Shown here in pieces: positions 18,808 through 28,942 of a stretch of DNA of 64,000 nt. This stretch comes from an uncultured virus (IMG/VR IMGVR_UViG_3300028833_000062). Taxonomy: Duplodnaviria; Heunggongvirae; Uroviricota; Caudoviricetes. Both the position numbers and the translations under genes were made by a program. The stretch lies in the IMG/VR virus record IMGVR_UViG_3300028833_000062, one strand, 5' to 3'. The notes beneath the pieces are model-generated. The model searched no databases. It was not told where the DNA came from and saw only the letters and a list, made by a program, of their open reading frames with translations. Within the stretch, counting starts at the first letter, position 1. Every line of letters begins with the position of its first letter.

Positions 18808-19689
18808 ATATTCTATTTGTTTAGCATCATCATCTATTTTTATAAACATTTCTGCTTGTTTTTTCATTTTCTCTCCATTTTTACCAGATAAATCTTTTTT
18901 AACTTTAGGTAAATCTATTGGTTGTTTTTCTTTTAAAAATGAATCAACCATTTTTTCTTGATCAAATATAAATTTACCTTCTGAGTCTTTTTTAATTTTT
19001 ATTACTGGAGAAGTTTTATATTTACCACCTTGTATTCTACCATATCCAGCTGAATAACCAATCCATACTGTATCAATAAAATTATTAAAGTGAGGATATT
19101 TATTATTTAATAAATCTGTCAATGTTTTATATGCAGCTTTATGATTAGGTATTAAAACTGTTTCTTCATCAACATATCTATCTCTTACTCTATTATTTAT
19201 TTTAGCAACTTCTAAATTACAAAGAACCCAAACAAGAGTTACATTATATCCAAGAGTTTTGGCACGTGTTGCAATTTCAGTAATATCTTCTATTTTACCA
19301 GATACTCTATCAAAAAGAAGATTAGGAAGAATTTTTGAATTATTAGCTTCTTTATTTGGATTTTGTTTATTTCTAAATATCAAATTAATCTGTTTATCTT
19401 TCCAACCATGATCTTTAACTCTCATATGAAGTTCTGTAACATCTTCTGGATTTTTAAAATCAAAGTTTTTTAATTCATCTTTAAGTTTACCTTGATTTAA
19501 AAGTTTTATATATTTGCCTTTTAAATCATCAACATCATATGTTTTAAAATCAGCATCTATAATATTTTTTATAAATCCTTTTCCACTTCCAGGTCCACCA
19601 GCAAGAATAATACATTCACCATAAGTTGGTGTTTTCTTCTTAAAACCAACTACAGTATTTTCAAATATAAAATCTAATAATTTTTTCAT
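18784..19689 (-). CDS. P-loop kinase (zeta-toxin/AAA_33-like) with capsid-targeting-like N-terminus
   Basis: Walker A AGGPGSGKG, DVDD, LLFD, RVRDR lid; N-terminus MKKLLDFIFE. Confidence 0.75.
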   Translation of the reverse strand: MKKLLDFIFENTVVGFKKKTPTYGECIILAGGPGSGKGFIKNIIDADFKTYDVDDLKGKYIKLLNQGKLKDELKNFDFKNPEDVTELHMRVKDHGWKDKQINLIFRNKQNPNKEANNSKILPNLLFDRVSGKIEDITEIATRAKTLGYNVTLVWVLCNLEVAKINNRVRDRYVDEETVLIPNHKAAYKTLTDLLNNKYPHFNNFIDTVWIGYSAGYGRIQGGKYKTSPVIKIKKDSEGKFIFDQEKMVDSFLKEKQPIDLPKVKKDLSGKNGEKMKKQAEMFIKIDDDAKQIEYKKTGTND

Positions 19690-19696
19690 ATATTAA

Positions 19697-20167
19697 TTAT
19701 CTTTTTTTTCTAAATACAATTACAATTACACTTGTAAAATTTGAATAATAAATAAATTCATTATTATCTGTTTCAAATGTTGAACCTAAACTAGTTGTTT
19801 CTTCAGATAATCTTGCTTTTATATATTTATACCAATTTGGAGATGTTATATAATTTCTATAATAATTTTTTATTACATCTTCATCAGTAATTGTAACAAA
19901 TTTATCTAATTTTTTCTTTTTTATTGCTGCCCATATATGTTTATCCATATATAGTTTATCATTAATTAGACATTCAACTTCTTCTATTGATTCAATTTCA
20001 TTTTTTCTTACCCAATCTTCAAAAGATTTTAAAATATCTTTAATCATTGATTGATCAAGATTTAAACAACAAATATCTGTCATTATTGAAACAACAGTAT
20101 TTTTTAAATTTTTATTATCCTTTGTCAAATGTAACTTTTCAAATATATATGAATTAATCTTCTTCAT
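19697..20167 (-). CDS. KLHL-leader family protein
   Basis: MKKINSYIFEKLHLTKD. Confidence 0.75.
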   Translation of the reverse strand: MKKINSYIFEKLHLTKDNKNLKNTVVSIMTDICCLNLDQSMIKDILKSFEDWVRKNEIESIEEVECLINDKLYMDKHIWAAIKKKKLDKFVTITDEDVIKNYYRNYITSPNWYKYIKARLSEETTSLGSTFETDNNEFIYYSNFTSVIVIVFRKKR

Positions 20168-20558
20168 TTTTCTTAATTAAATAATCTATATATTTATTAC
20201 CATATCTTTTTCCTTTTTCTGGTAAAAAACTACCCTTTCTTATATATAAAGTATTTGATGAATTAATATTTTCTTTATCAATAAGATCTTTTATATCAAG
20301 AGTAATTTTTTTAAATCTATCTTCAGTAAGATTACTTGAAAATTCTAATCTTAAAAAATTAGCATCTCCCCAATCACTTCTTGTATATAAAGATTGTTTT
20401 TGAATATCTAATAATTCTATAGTATAATTTAATTTTGACTTTGAAAAATATTCTTTAATAACATCTTTTATAATATTAAATATATCATTATTAAAAGAAT
20501 TTTTTATATTCTTATTTAAATGTAATTTCTCTATTATATATTGACTTAAACTATTCAT
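20154..20558 (-). CDS. KLHL-leader family protein
   Basis: MNSLSQYIIEKLHLNKN. Confidence 0.75.
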   Translation of the reverse strand: MNSLSQYIIEKLHLNKNIKNSFNNDIFNIIKDVIKEYFSKSKLNYTIELLDIQKQSLYTRSDWGDANFLRLEFSSNLTEDRFKKITLDIKDLIDKENINSSNTLYIRKGSFLPEKGKRYGNKYIDYLIKKNEED

Positions 20559-21228
20559 GATACCAAGAAGGTGGATTTTTTTCTAAAGGACAATTATTAA
20601 ACATAAAACCCATATCAGTAACATTACTTACATCCCATTTAGATATATCTCCATTAAATTTTGATTTAGTAAACATATCAGACATACTTTTAACATTACT
20701 TACATCCCATTTAGATATATCTCCATTAAATTCAGATTTATAAAACATATCAGACATACTATTAACATTACTTACATCCCATTTAGATATATCATTATTA
20801 AATTGAGAATATTGAAACATTTTTTCCATATTAGTAACATTACTTACATCCCAATTAGATATATCTTGATTAAATTTAGACTCGGAAAACATACTTTTCA
20901 TATTAGTAACCTTGCTTACATCCCATTTTGATATATCTCCATTAAATGGAGAATATTCAAATATATGACTCATATCAGTAACATTACTTACATCCCATTT
21001 TGATATATCTCCATTAAAATTAATATTTTGTAATATACAGAACATATCAGTAATTTCACTAACATCAATATCATTTAAATCAGCATCATTTCCTCTTTCT
21101 TCAATTAACTTCTTAATTAAAGATCTAAGTTCATCTCTATCTTTAGGATGATAATGATATACTACTTTTTTAATATTATCTCTATTTAAATGTAACTTTT
21201 CTAATATATATGTATTAAGTTCTTTCAT
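20551..21228 (-). CDS. KLHL-leader protein with DUF285 (BspA-like) repeats
   Basis: Start 21228 MKELNTYILEKLHL; about 6 tandem 24-aa FNGDISKWDVSNVTxM repeats. Confidence 0.85.
   Translation of the reverse strand: MKELNTYILEKLHLNRDNIKKVVYHYHPKDRDELRSLIKKLIEERGNDADLNDIDVSEITDMFCILQNINFNGDISKWDVSNVTDMSHIFEYSPFNGDISKWDVSKVTNMKSMFSESKFNQDISNWDVSNVTNMEKMFQYSQFNNDISKWDVSNVNSMSDMFYKSEFNGDISKWDVSNVKSMSDMFTKSKFNGDISKWDVSNVTDMGFMFNNCPLEKNPPSWYHE
20600..21065 (-). repeat. 72-nt tandem coding repeats (DUF285)
   Basis: Recurrent ACATTACTTACATCCCATTT unit at about 72-nt period. Confidence 0.8.
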
Positions 21229-21248
21229 AAATGGCATATTCTTTATTA

Positions 21249-21291
21249 TATATAAAAATAATTGAATTTTTCTATATTAATACTATATTAA
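21249..21291. promoter_or_regulatory. back-to-back late (-) and early (+) promoters
   Basis: TATATAAAAATA at 21249-21260; TTGAAT(21262)-N15-CTATATTA. Confidence 0.7.
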
Positions 21292-21299
21292 ATGTGGAT

Positions 21300-21656
21300 A
21301 TGAAAGTATTAAAACATAGAAATAATTGGTGTTGGGGACATAGTACAATAATTGTACTAAATGGTGGTAAAGGAATTGTTACTGTTTCATTTGAAAATGA
21401 TAATCCAAATGAAGCAACAATAACTGGTTTAAGTGTACATGAAAAATATAGAAATAAAGGACTTGGTACAGAATTGGTAAAACTTGCTGAAGAAGAAGCA
21501 AAAGAATTTAAAGTAAAAAGAATTATACTTTTTAGTGATGAAAATACATTTACATATAATTGGTATCAACGTCTTGGTTATAAAAGAGCATTTGACAGAG
21601 TATATATAGAATCACCACAAGTAAAAGAATTATCAAAAGATATTATATATGAGTAG
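21300..21656 (+). CDS. GNAT-family acetyltransferase
   Basis: LSVHEKYRNKGLGTELV (motif A), WYQRLGY (motif B); start ATG at 21300. Confidence 0.85.
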   Translation: MKVLKHRNNWCWGHSTIIVLNGGKGIVTVSFENDNPNEATITGLSVHEKYRNKGLGTELVKLAEEEAKEFKVKRIILFSDENTFTYNWYQRLGYKRAFDRVYIESPQVKELSKDIIYE

Positions 21657-22320
21657 AGAAGTTAAGAAATATAAATTCAATAAAAATCATATTGAGATTT
21701 TTACTATTGAAAATCCAGAGATGCCTATTCCAAAGTGGCCAGCTTTTGAACAGGTATCTGCTAATTCATATTCTTATTCTCATAATTATGGTTTATATCA
21801 GAAAGACGAATATAAAACTATAAAGAAAGAATCTAAACTTGGTTTTTATTACTATTCTAAAGTTAGGGTTCATCAGCCAGGTAAAACATTTAGTGGAGTA
21901 ATTAGTAGAACTATTGTGACATTTCCTATAGCAGGAGAAAAGAATATGTATTATCAGCTTAAATATGTTACTCAGTATGATGATAATAAAATTGGTGGAG
22001 AAGATGGTCTAAGACCTTGGGATATTTATCCTGGTGATAAGAATTTTCCTGATAATATGCTTGAAGGTCTTATTAAAGATGTAAATGAATTCTTTGCAAT
22101 AGCTGAAACATCATGTTCTGATTTTTATAATACTAGTAGTAGATATTATTATACTAAGGAAGATAAAAGTACAATATCTGTAAAGGCTGTAAAAAATAAA
22201 GTATTCACTGAATTGTTTGGAAATCCTAATGGTCCAAGATTTCAGACAGATCTAGAAAAGATTCTATCACATGGATTTGATCCTAAATATAGTTTTAGAA
22301 AAGATAAGGAGAAAAAATAA
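21649..22320 (+). CDS. hypothetical protein
   Basis: 223-aa ORF. Confidence 0.7.
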   Translation: MSREVKKYKFNKNHIEIFTIENPEMPIPKWPAFEQVSANSYSYSHNYGLYQKDEYKTIKKESKLGFYYYSKVRVHQPGKTFSGVISRTIVTFPIAGEKNMYYQLKYVTQYDDNKIGGEDGLRPWDIYPGDKNFPDNMLEGLIKDVNEFFAIAETSCSDFYNTSSRYYYTKEDKSTISVKAVKNKVFTELFGNPNGPRFQTDLEKILSHGFDPKYSFRKDKEKK

Positions 22321-22477
22321 TGTTTAATGATGGACAAGTGTTGACACCAGATAAATGTTTTGAACAAGCATTACGTGATGCATTTAATACATTTTATACA
22401 AATTATAATAAGTATAAAAGTTGGATGGAAAATGAACAAAAATATCGTTATTGTGACGATGATGATGAATATTAATT

Positions 22478-23149
22478 ATGGGACGATATGTATTAATAAC
22501 AAATATTTGGGGTCGTAAACCTAGACAGATTACTTCATACTATTCTGAATGGTGTGATTTTGATATTAATAAAAATCCTATCTTTGTAGATGATGAAAGA
22601 TATGAATTTGATACTCTTGAAGAACTTAATGAACATATTAAGCTCTTTAAAGAGATATGTAAGGATTATGAAAGACCATCTACAGAAACAGTTGGTTATA
22701 GTAGATGGGAGAAATCTAAGAAGGATATTTTTGATAGTCCTAATAAAAGAAAGTATGGATATCTATATGGTGATAGAGAAACCATGAGACTTGTATGGGG
22801 TGGTGATAAATTATATAACTATAATAAAAGTACTAATACTTTAAAACTTTATGATATTCTTTTTAGAGGAGCAGATGAAATTCCTAAAGATTATAAATGG
22901 GATGATGGAGAATATGAAGGATGGCTTCAATATCGTTGGGGTGATGGAAAAAATGCTGTAGGTTATGTTGAACCAGAAAAGCCTAAAAAGAATGATGAAG
23001 TTATTGATGAAGTTATTAATGAAGATGAAGTAGAAGATACTTCATACTATGATGATTCATTTGATAATTCATTTGCAGAAGAAATTGAAAATGCTTATGC
23101 AAAACTTGAAGATAAAGAATTAGTTAAAAAACTTGAAGATAGATGGTAA
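22478..23149 (+). CDS. hypothetical protein with acidic tail
   Basis: 223-aa ORF. Confidence 0.7.
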   Translation: MGRYVLITNIWGRKPRQITSYYSEWCDFDINKNPIFVDDERYEFDTLEELNEHIKLFKEICKDYERPSTETVGYSRWEKSKKDIFDSPNKRKYGYLYGDRETMRLVWGGDKLYNYNKSTNTLKLYDILFRGADEIPKDYKWDDGEYEGWLQYRWGDGKNAVGYVEPEKPKKNDEVIDEVINEDEVEDTSYYDDSFDNSFAEEIENAYAKLEDKELVKKLEDRW

Positions 23150-23384
23150 AAAATTAAAGATATGAAAAAATTTGGAACTAAAGGATATATTGGTAAACAT
23201 GTTTATGCTGGTGGTGAATTAAATGGTATTTGGGGAACCATTGTTGGAATAGAGCCAGATGAGGATTTTGAAGATCATATTTGGTATATCGTAAAAGATG
23301 ATGAATATGGTGGATTACATAAATATGATTTATGTGAAATTAAAGAACAAGTAATAACCACAAAATTAGTACCGTTACATTAAT

Positions 23385-23732
23385 ATGAGAGACAAAGATT
23401 ATCGTAGAAGGCAAGAAGCTTCTCATTTTAATAAGAGGCTTAAATTTTATTCTATTTATAAACCAGATGAACATGCTCCACGTTCTAATGGTATGATGAA
23501 AAGAAAAGACCCAGTTGAAATTGATGATATTAAAGATGAAAGATGGGTTAATAAACTTAAGAATGGAGATGTAAAGTTTAAGTGGATGGATAAATGGAAC
23601 AAGAAGTTTTGTGATAAAGTTAGAAGGAATCTTCAGAAAACCGTTGATTATCAACTTAAACCACATAGATGGTATGATAGAAAACATGTAAATGCACAAG
23701 CAAAAGGTTATCCAATTAATGATGAAGAATAA
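23385..23732 (+). CDS. basic hypothetical protein
   Basis: Arg/Lys-rich ORF within an operon. Confidence 0.6.
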   Translation: MRDKDYRRRQEASHFNKRLKFYSIYKPDEHAPRSNGMMKRKDPVEIDDIKDERWVNKLKNGDVKFKWMDKWNKKFCDKVRRNLQKTVDYQLKPHRWYDRKHVNAQAKGYPINDEE

Positions 23733-23881
23733 TATGAAAGATAATAAAGATTTAAATAAAGATAATAAAGATTTAAAGAAAGACTGGTTTGATGAAAATC
23801 AGTCTCATGGAGCATTTGCTCTCACTCAAGAAGAAATAGATTTTTATTACAATAAAGAATATCTTAAAGAAAGGTTTGGTT

Positions 23882-24742
23882 ATGAATACTGAAGATATTA
23901 AAGGAACATTAAAATATCGGGTTAATTATCCTATGGCATTTGTTATTTCACATCCATATCTTTATATTGATGATAAAGAAAAATTAAAAGCATTGGGTGT
24001 TGATGAAGAAAGATATGAAAAATTAAATACATATAAGGATGAATTAACAGAAGAAGAAGCTTCTTTAATCAGAGATTTATTAGATAAAGAATTAAAAGAT
24101 AAAAGTGAAAATCCTGATGATTGTCTTGATGATTTATTTAATCCTGGAAAATTTGAATTGAAAGCTAAAAAGTTTTTCTGTGAAATTAATGATCCAACAA
24201 AAGCAGAATATTGGTCTTCTCAAAAGATTGAATATGATAGAAAGATAAATAAAGAGATTAATGATTTTTTGGAAAAAGATTCTACTACATTTGAAGATGT
24301 AATTGAATTTGCAATAAAAAGAGCACTTAAATATCTTTCATGTAATCCAAAAAATAGTTACTGGGTTACAGAAAAATATTCATTACATGGCACTTCTGGT
24401 AATTCAAAATATACACAGTTTGAATGTAATTTAATTCCATTCGGTATGATTGCTATTCAGAAATTATATAAAAAATATGGAATTGCACCAGATGCGTGCT
24501 ATGAAAGAGATTTAGGTTTTGGACATACTGCAAAAAGATATGTTGATAATGGTCATATTTATATTGGTACTAAAGGAGATAAATTTTTTATAGAATATAA
24601 ACCAAGAATAAAAGGAGATAAAGGATTTCATGATGAATTAATTGACAATATTGGTAGTATTAAAAAAGATATTAGAAATTTTGCTATATCATCAAAATAT
24701 TTTAAACAAACTATTCCAGAATTATTAAAAGAAATTGAATAA
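23882..24742 (+). CDS. hypothetical protein
   Basis: Long ORF; likely start ATG at 23882. Confidence 0.7.
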   Translation: MNTEDIKGTLKYRVNYPMAFVISHPYLYIDDKEKLKALGVDEERYEKLNTYKDELTEEEASLIRDLLDKELKDKSENPDDCLDDLFNPGKFELKAKKFFCEINDPTKAEYWSSQKIEYDRKINKEINDFLEKDSTTFEDVIEFAIKRALKYLSCNPKNSYWVTEKYSLHGTSGNSKYTQFECNLIPFGMIAIQKLYKKYGIAPDACYERDLGFGHTAKRYVDNGHIYIGTKGDKFFIEYKPRIKGDKGFHDELIDNIGSIKKDIRNFAISSKYFKQTIPELLKEIE

Positions 24743-25101
24743 TGAAAGATCATTTTGAATACAATACACTTCTTACAAGACAGAAGTTTAAAGAACTTGG
24801 TTTCTTGAGAACCAAAGGAATGTGTTGTATTCCAGGATGTAGAGAACATGCTGATGATGCTCATCATATAATGGATAGAAAACTTTGGTCTGATTCTGGT
24901 TATTATCTTTCTAATTGTGCTCCTGTTTGTTATCAACATCATATGGATTGTGAAAAAATGAAATGGACACCATATCAAGTAATGAAATTTGCTGATATTG
25001 ATATAAAATATCTTCAAAAACCTGATAAACTTGACTGGTTAACTTTTGATGAATATAAAGAACTTTTTATTAATGGAGAAATAAATAAATGGGGTAAATG
25101 A
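24742..25101 (+). CDS. HNH-type nuclease domain protein
   Basis: CCIPGC..DAHHI..SNCAPVCYQHH. Confidence 0.75.
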   Translation: MKDHFEYNTLLTRQKFKELGFLRTKGMCCIPGCREHADDAHHIMDRKLWSDSGYYLSNCAPVCYQHHMDCEKMKWTPYQVMKFADIDIKYLQKPDKLDWLTFDEYKELFINGEINKWGK

Positions 25102-25264
25102 GCAGAAAGAAAAAAGATTATAAAATAATGGTTAAACAACCAAAAGTACATACTATTTATGGTTGTTCTAATCCTTATGTAAAAGATGGAAGTATGTGTT
25201 GTGATGGTAATTGTGAAATGTGTAAATATCAAACTATAGCAGGAACATATAAAGAATATAAGTA

Positions 25265-25591
25265 ATGAAAGTTTTTGTAATTAGAAATAAAAGAAAAGAA
25301 TTTAGATATTTTCCATATATTCCATATTATGAACCTAAATTTGCTGGACCAAATGAATCAAGAGGACATTATGAAAGAACAGATACTTGGCCATCTGATA
25401 TAGAGTATGATATGCAAACTCATGAATGGATTCCTGATGAACCACCTATACCACCTGGAACATGGTATGTTAGAAAACCTAATGGAGAGATTGATTATGG
25501 AACAAGACTTCCAATTAAAGAAGTTCCTCCTATAAGAAGAAAAATAATGAATCATAAAAGTGAACCAATTATATTAAATATAAATATATAA
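25265..25591 (+). CDS. Pro-rich hypothetical protein
   Basis: ORF within an operon. Confidence 0.6.
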   Translation: MKVFVIRNKRKEFRYFPYIPYYEPKFAGPNESRGHYERTDTWPSDIEYDMQTHEWIPDEPPIPPGTWYVRKPNGEIDYGTRLPIKEVPPIRRKIMNHKSEPIILNINI

Positions 25592-25600
25592 ATAAATATT

Positions 25601-25957
25601 ATGTTAGATTATAGATGTATAAGTATTTACGGGTGGAAAATATCCGGTACAAACAATGTTACTAATTTTATTCATGAATTAGAAGATATTGATGAAAATT
25701 ATTATGATTCAACATTTGGACAAGGATTAATGGTTGAAGATATAATGCGTGGTACTTATATATATTTTGGTGCAAGACTTGCTTATTTTGATCCAACAGA
25801 AGATGATAATGAAGTAATCATAAATGATGAATTAATTAATAAAGCTACTTTAGAATGGAATAAATTTCTTGAAGACAATCCTAATTATAAGAAATTAATT
25901 AATAAATGGATTGGTGATACTAAACCTCAACTTTATATGTTTAATCATATTTGGTAA
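25601..25957 (+). CDS. hypothetical phage protein
   Basis: ORF within an operon. Confidence 0.65.
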   Translation: MLDYRCISIYGWKISGTNNVTNFIHELEDIDENYYDSTFGQGLMVEDIMRGTYIYFGARLAYFDPTEDDNEVIINDELINKATLEWNKFLEDNPNYKKLINKWIGDTKPQLYMFNHIW

Positions 25958-26593
25958 TTATGGAGACATTTTTTAAAGAAGATTTTATTAGAATGCGCCA
26001 ATATTGGTTTTCTAAATATTCTAATGAACGATTTGAAGATAAAAAGAAATTATATTATAATATTTGGAAAGCGTTTAATGATTTAATTGACTATATGGAT
26101 CATGAGTATGAATCTTGAAGGACAATATAATAAATTAACAAAATCACAAATATATAATTTAAAACATGTTGCATGTTTAGCTACTATAACTAAGAATTAT
26201 AAGTTATGGAGAAAATATTGGGCAATAAAAAAAGATTATTTGTTAGAATATGAAAGAAACAAAGATGAGTAAACAATATGAACCTTTAATGACAACAGAA
26301 TTTATGGTTAAATTTAATTTGCCAGATACTTTAGAAGAACAAATGGATATAAATAATAGAAAACACATAATTGAGATAATGATGGAAGATGGTAAGTTTA
26401 AAAATATTGATGAACTTATGAATGCAGAATTAAATTTTGAAGATAAACAATTAATTGATAGACTTAATTCTCCTGAATTCAAAGAAAAACTTAATAAAGC
26501 TACTGAAAAAATTTTAAATACTAAGTTTGAAACTGGTGAATAATTTTCATCGGTTTTTCTATTTTATTATGTAAAGTTATAAATAAATTTAAT

Positions 26594-27763
26594 ATGCTTA
26601 TGAGAAATACAGGTGTTATTTCAATGGGTATCAAAACACCCATTATAAGAGAAGGAGATGATCTTGCTAAGATTGTTGTTAATTCTGTTCTTAATGCTAC
26701 TCTTGAAGATAGCAAATTTATAGATGTTCCTGATGAAACAACAAAATCTGGTTGGAGAATTGAAGAAGTAAAATCATATAATCTTAATGATAAAGATGTT
26801 ATTGGTATTACTGAAAGTGTAGTTGCAAGAAGTCTTGGTAATTATGTAACAGTTGATGATATTGGACTTGATCTTCAATTGAAATTTGGTTCAAATGTAA
26901 ATTATGTTATAGTAAATCCTATTTATAGTAGAAATAGGTTTAGTATGATTCTTAAGGCTATTGCAAGAGCTTCTAATAATCTTGTAGTAATATATATGCC
27001 AGATGCTGATGAGGTTGGTAATCCTTCTGGAGTAAATCAGTTTACTGGTGTAAATATGAAAGAATATTATACAGAACTTGTAAATAAAGAAAATAGAAAA
27101 TGTGTAATAATTGATCATTCTCTTGGAGATAATAGTGAAGAAGAAAAACAATATACAATTCCTAATGCTGTATATATTTATTGTGGTCTTCATGATTATG
27201 AGCAATGGAAAGAAGATTATGGTGATGATACACATATAACTCTTGCTGATATTTGTAAGAATAGATGTGATTACGGTCTTCTTGGTTCTAATAAAGCAAC
27301 TGAAGAGAAACTTAAACTTTTCCCTACTAGACAAACTTCTCAGGTTCTTGTTGAAAATGTTCAACAGATGATTTTTGATAAGACTGGTAAGAAAGTTGAA
27401 GTAATGGTTTATGGTGATGGTTGTTTCAAAGATCCTGTTGGCGGTATTTGGGAATTCGCAGATCCAGTAGTTTCTCCTGCATTTACTTCTGGCCTTGTAG
27501 GTACACCAAATGAAATTAAGATTAAGGCTTTCGCCGATGATAAATTTGCTAATCTTACTGGTGATGAACTTACATCAGCTCTTAAGAATGAAATTAAATT
27601 AAAGGATGCAAATCTTGTAGGTAACATGGCAGCTGAAGGAACTACTCCTCGTAGATTCACTGATTTACTTGGTTCATTAATGGACTTGACAAGCGGTAGT
27701 GGTGATAAGGGAACACCTGTTGTTCTTGTACAACATTACTTTGAAAATTATTCTATGGATTAA
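26594..27763 (+). CDS. CofE-like (F420-0:gamma-glutamyl ligase family) protein
   Basis: TPIIREGDDLA, GITESVVAR, YGDG..KDP..IWE.ADP, DLLGSLMDLTSGSGDKGTPVV. Confidence 0.8.
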   Translation: MLMRNTGVISMGIKTPIIREGDDLAKIVVNSVLNATLEDSKFIDVPDETTKSGWRIEEVKSYNLNDKDVIGITESVVARSLGNYVTVDDIGLDLQLKFGSNVNYVIVNPIYSRNRFSMILKAIARASNNLVVIYMPDADEVGNPSGVNQFTGVNMKEYYTELVNKENRKCVIIDHSLGDNSEEEKQYTIPNAVYIYCGLHDYEQWKEDYGDDTHITLADICKNRCDYGLLGSNKATEEKLKLFPTRQTSQVLVENVQQMIFDKTGKKVEVMVYGDGCFKDPVGGIWEFADPVVSPAFTSGLVGTPNEIKIKAFADDKFANLTGDELTSALKNEIKLKDANLVGNMAAEGTTPRRFTDLLGSLMDLTSGSGDKGTPVVLVQHYFENYSMD

Positions 27764-28073
27764 TAATGGATAGAAAATTAACAAAGATAACAATAAATGA
27801 GACTGAGGGAGAATACTTAGCAAAACTCCCTCAGTTTGCAAAATTTTTAACTAATGATAAAAATACATTATATTTTGAATATAATGATAAAGGACCTGAA
27901 ACTGTATTAGCAGATTATAGATTTTATGTTCTACCATTTAATCAAGTTAATATAATACCAGGTGCTTATGAATATATTTGTTCATTTGAAGATAACTCTC
28001 ATATAAGATATTTTGTATATTATTATGATGGTTTAAGTGGAATATTTAATAATTTTTTTAAATCTTTTTAATT

Positions 28074-28541
28074 ATGCCAGTACCAATTCAATGTAAAAAA
28101 GAAGGAAAAGAAATAATTGATAAAATAGATAAATTAACTCCTTGGGATAAAGGTGAATTGTTGATGTATATAGTATCTGATGTTATGACTGAAGATGAAA
28201 TAGAAAAATATTTCATCGAAGGTAGTGGATATACAAAATGGGATGATATTGATTATGTCCAAGGAGTAATTGATAATAATCAAGAATCTGAAGTTCTAGA
28301 TGAAATGGATGATTGGGATATTATTGATTATCTTGTAAATTCATTTGACCATTATCGTAATGCAGCTAATTTAAGTGATTGGATTGAAAAAAGTCAAAGT
28401 GAAGATGTAAGTGAAGCAATAGATAGAGTTGATAAGAAAAATCTAGATTTGATAATGGATGATTTATATGAAAATCATAAAGATAAATTTATGTATATTC
28501 TAGAATATTTTAATAGAATATTAGCTAAACATTCATCATGA
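28074..28541 (+). CDS. acidic hypothetical protein
   Basis: 155-aa ORF with a weak internal repeat (WDDIDY/WDIIDY). Confidence 0.65.
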   Translation: MPVPIQCKKEGKEIIDKIDKLTPWDKGELLMYIVSDVMTEDEIEKYFIEGSGYTKWDDIDYVQGVIDNNQESEVLDEMDDWDIIDYLVNSFDHYRNAANLSDWIEKSQSEDVSEAIDRVDKKNLDLIMDDLYENHKDKFMYILEYFNRILAKHSS

Positions 28542-28850
28542 GTAAATTTACTAAATATCGTAAAAAAGCTAGAATAGCTGATCAAGAAAGATATGAAAGA
28601 CTTGTTAAGGGTAGTGAACAATTAGAAGAGTTTAATTCTAAAGTTCAAAGACTTTTCAAAGAGAATCCTAATTTTGAATTGAATCCTAATGATCCAGAAA
28701 ATTGGAATAAATATGTTGAAATTTGGAATAAATATGTTAACGAATACCATGAAACTTTAACTGATGAATTCGCATAAAATAGCTCAGATTTAATCTAAAA
28801 AACTTAAACGATATATTTACTATTTACTAAACAAAAATAGTTTAGAGATA

Positions 28851-28890
28851 AAAAGAAGCGCTAAAGAATTAAAATTTTAGCGCTTCTTTA
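28851..28890 (+). terminator. intrinsic terminator
   Basis: AAAGAAGCGCTAAA..TTTAGCGCTTCTTT. Confidence 0.75.
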
Positions 28891-28904
28891 TTTTTTAAAA
28901 AATC

Positions 28905-28916
28905 TATTTTTATATA
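28905..28916 (+). promoter_or_regulatory. late-type promoter motif TATTTTTATATA
   Basis: Exact motif upstream of ATG at 28943. Confidence 0.6.
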
Positions 28917-28942
28917 AATTGATAATATTTAATATAACAGAA

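Noticed and set aside
20600..21065. Regularly spaced repeats as a CRISPR array
   Set aside because: They are in-frame 72-nt coding repeats (DUF285) with no unique spacers and no cas genes.
24742..25101. HNH gene as a mobile intron or homing element
   Set aside because: It is free-standing and translationally coupled, with no interrupted host gene or intron structure seen.
28778..28850. Intergenic stretch as ncRNA or origin
   Set aside because: Only weak AT-rich pairing; nothing supportable beyond the adjacent terminator.
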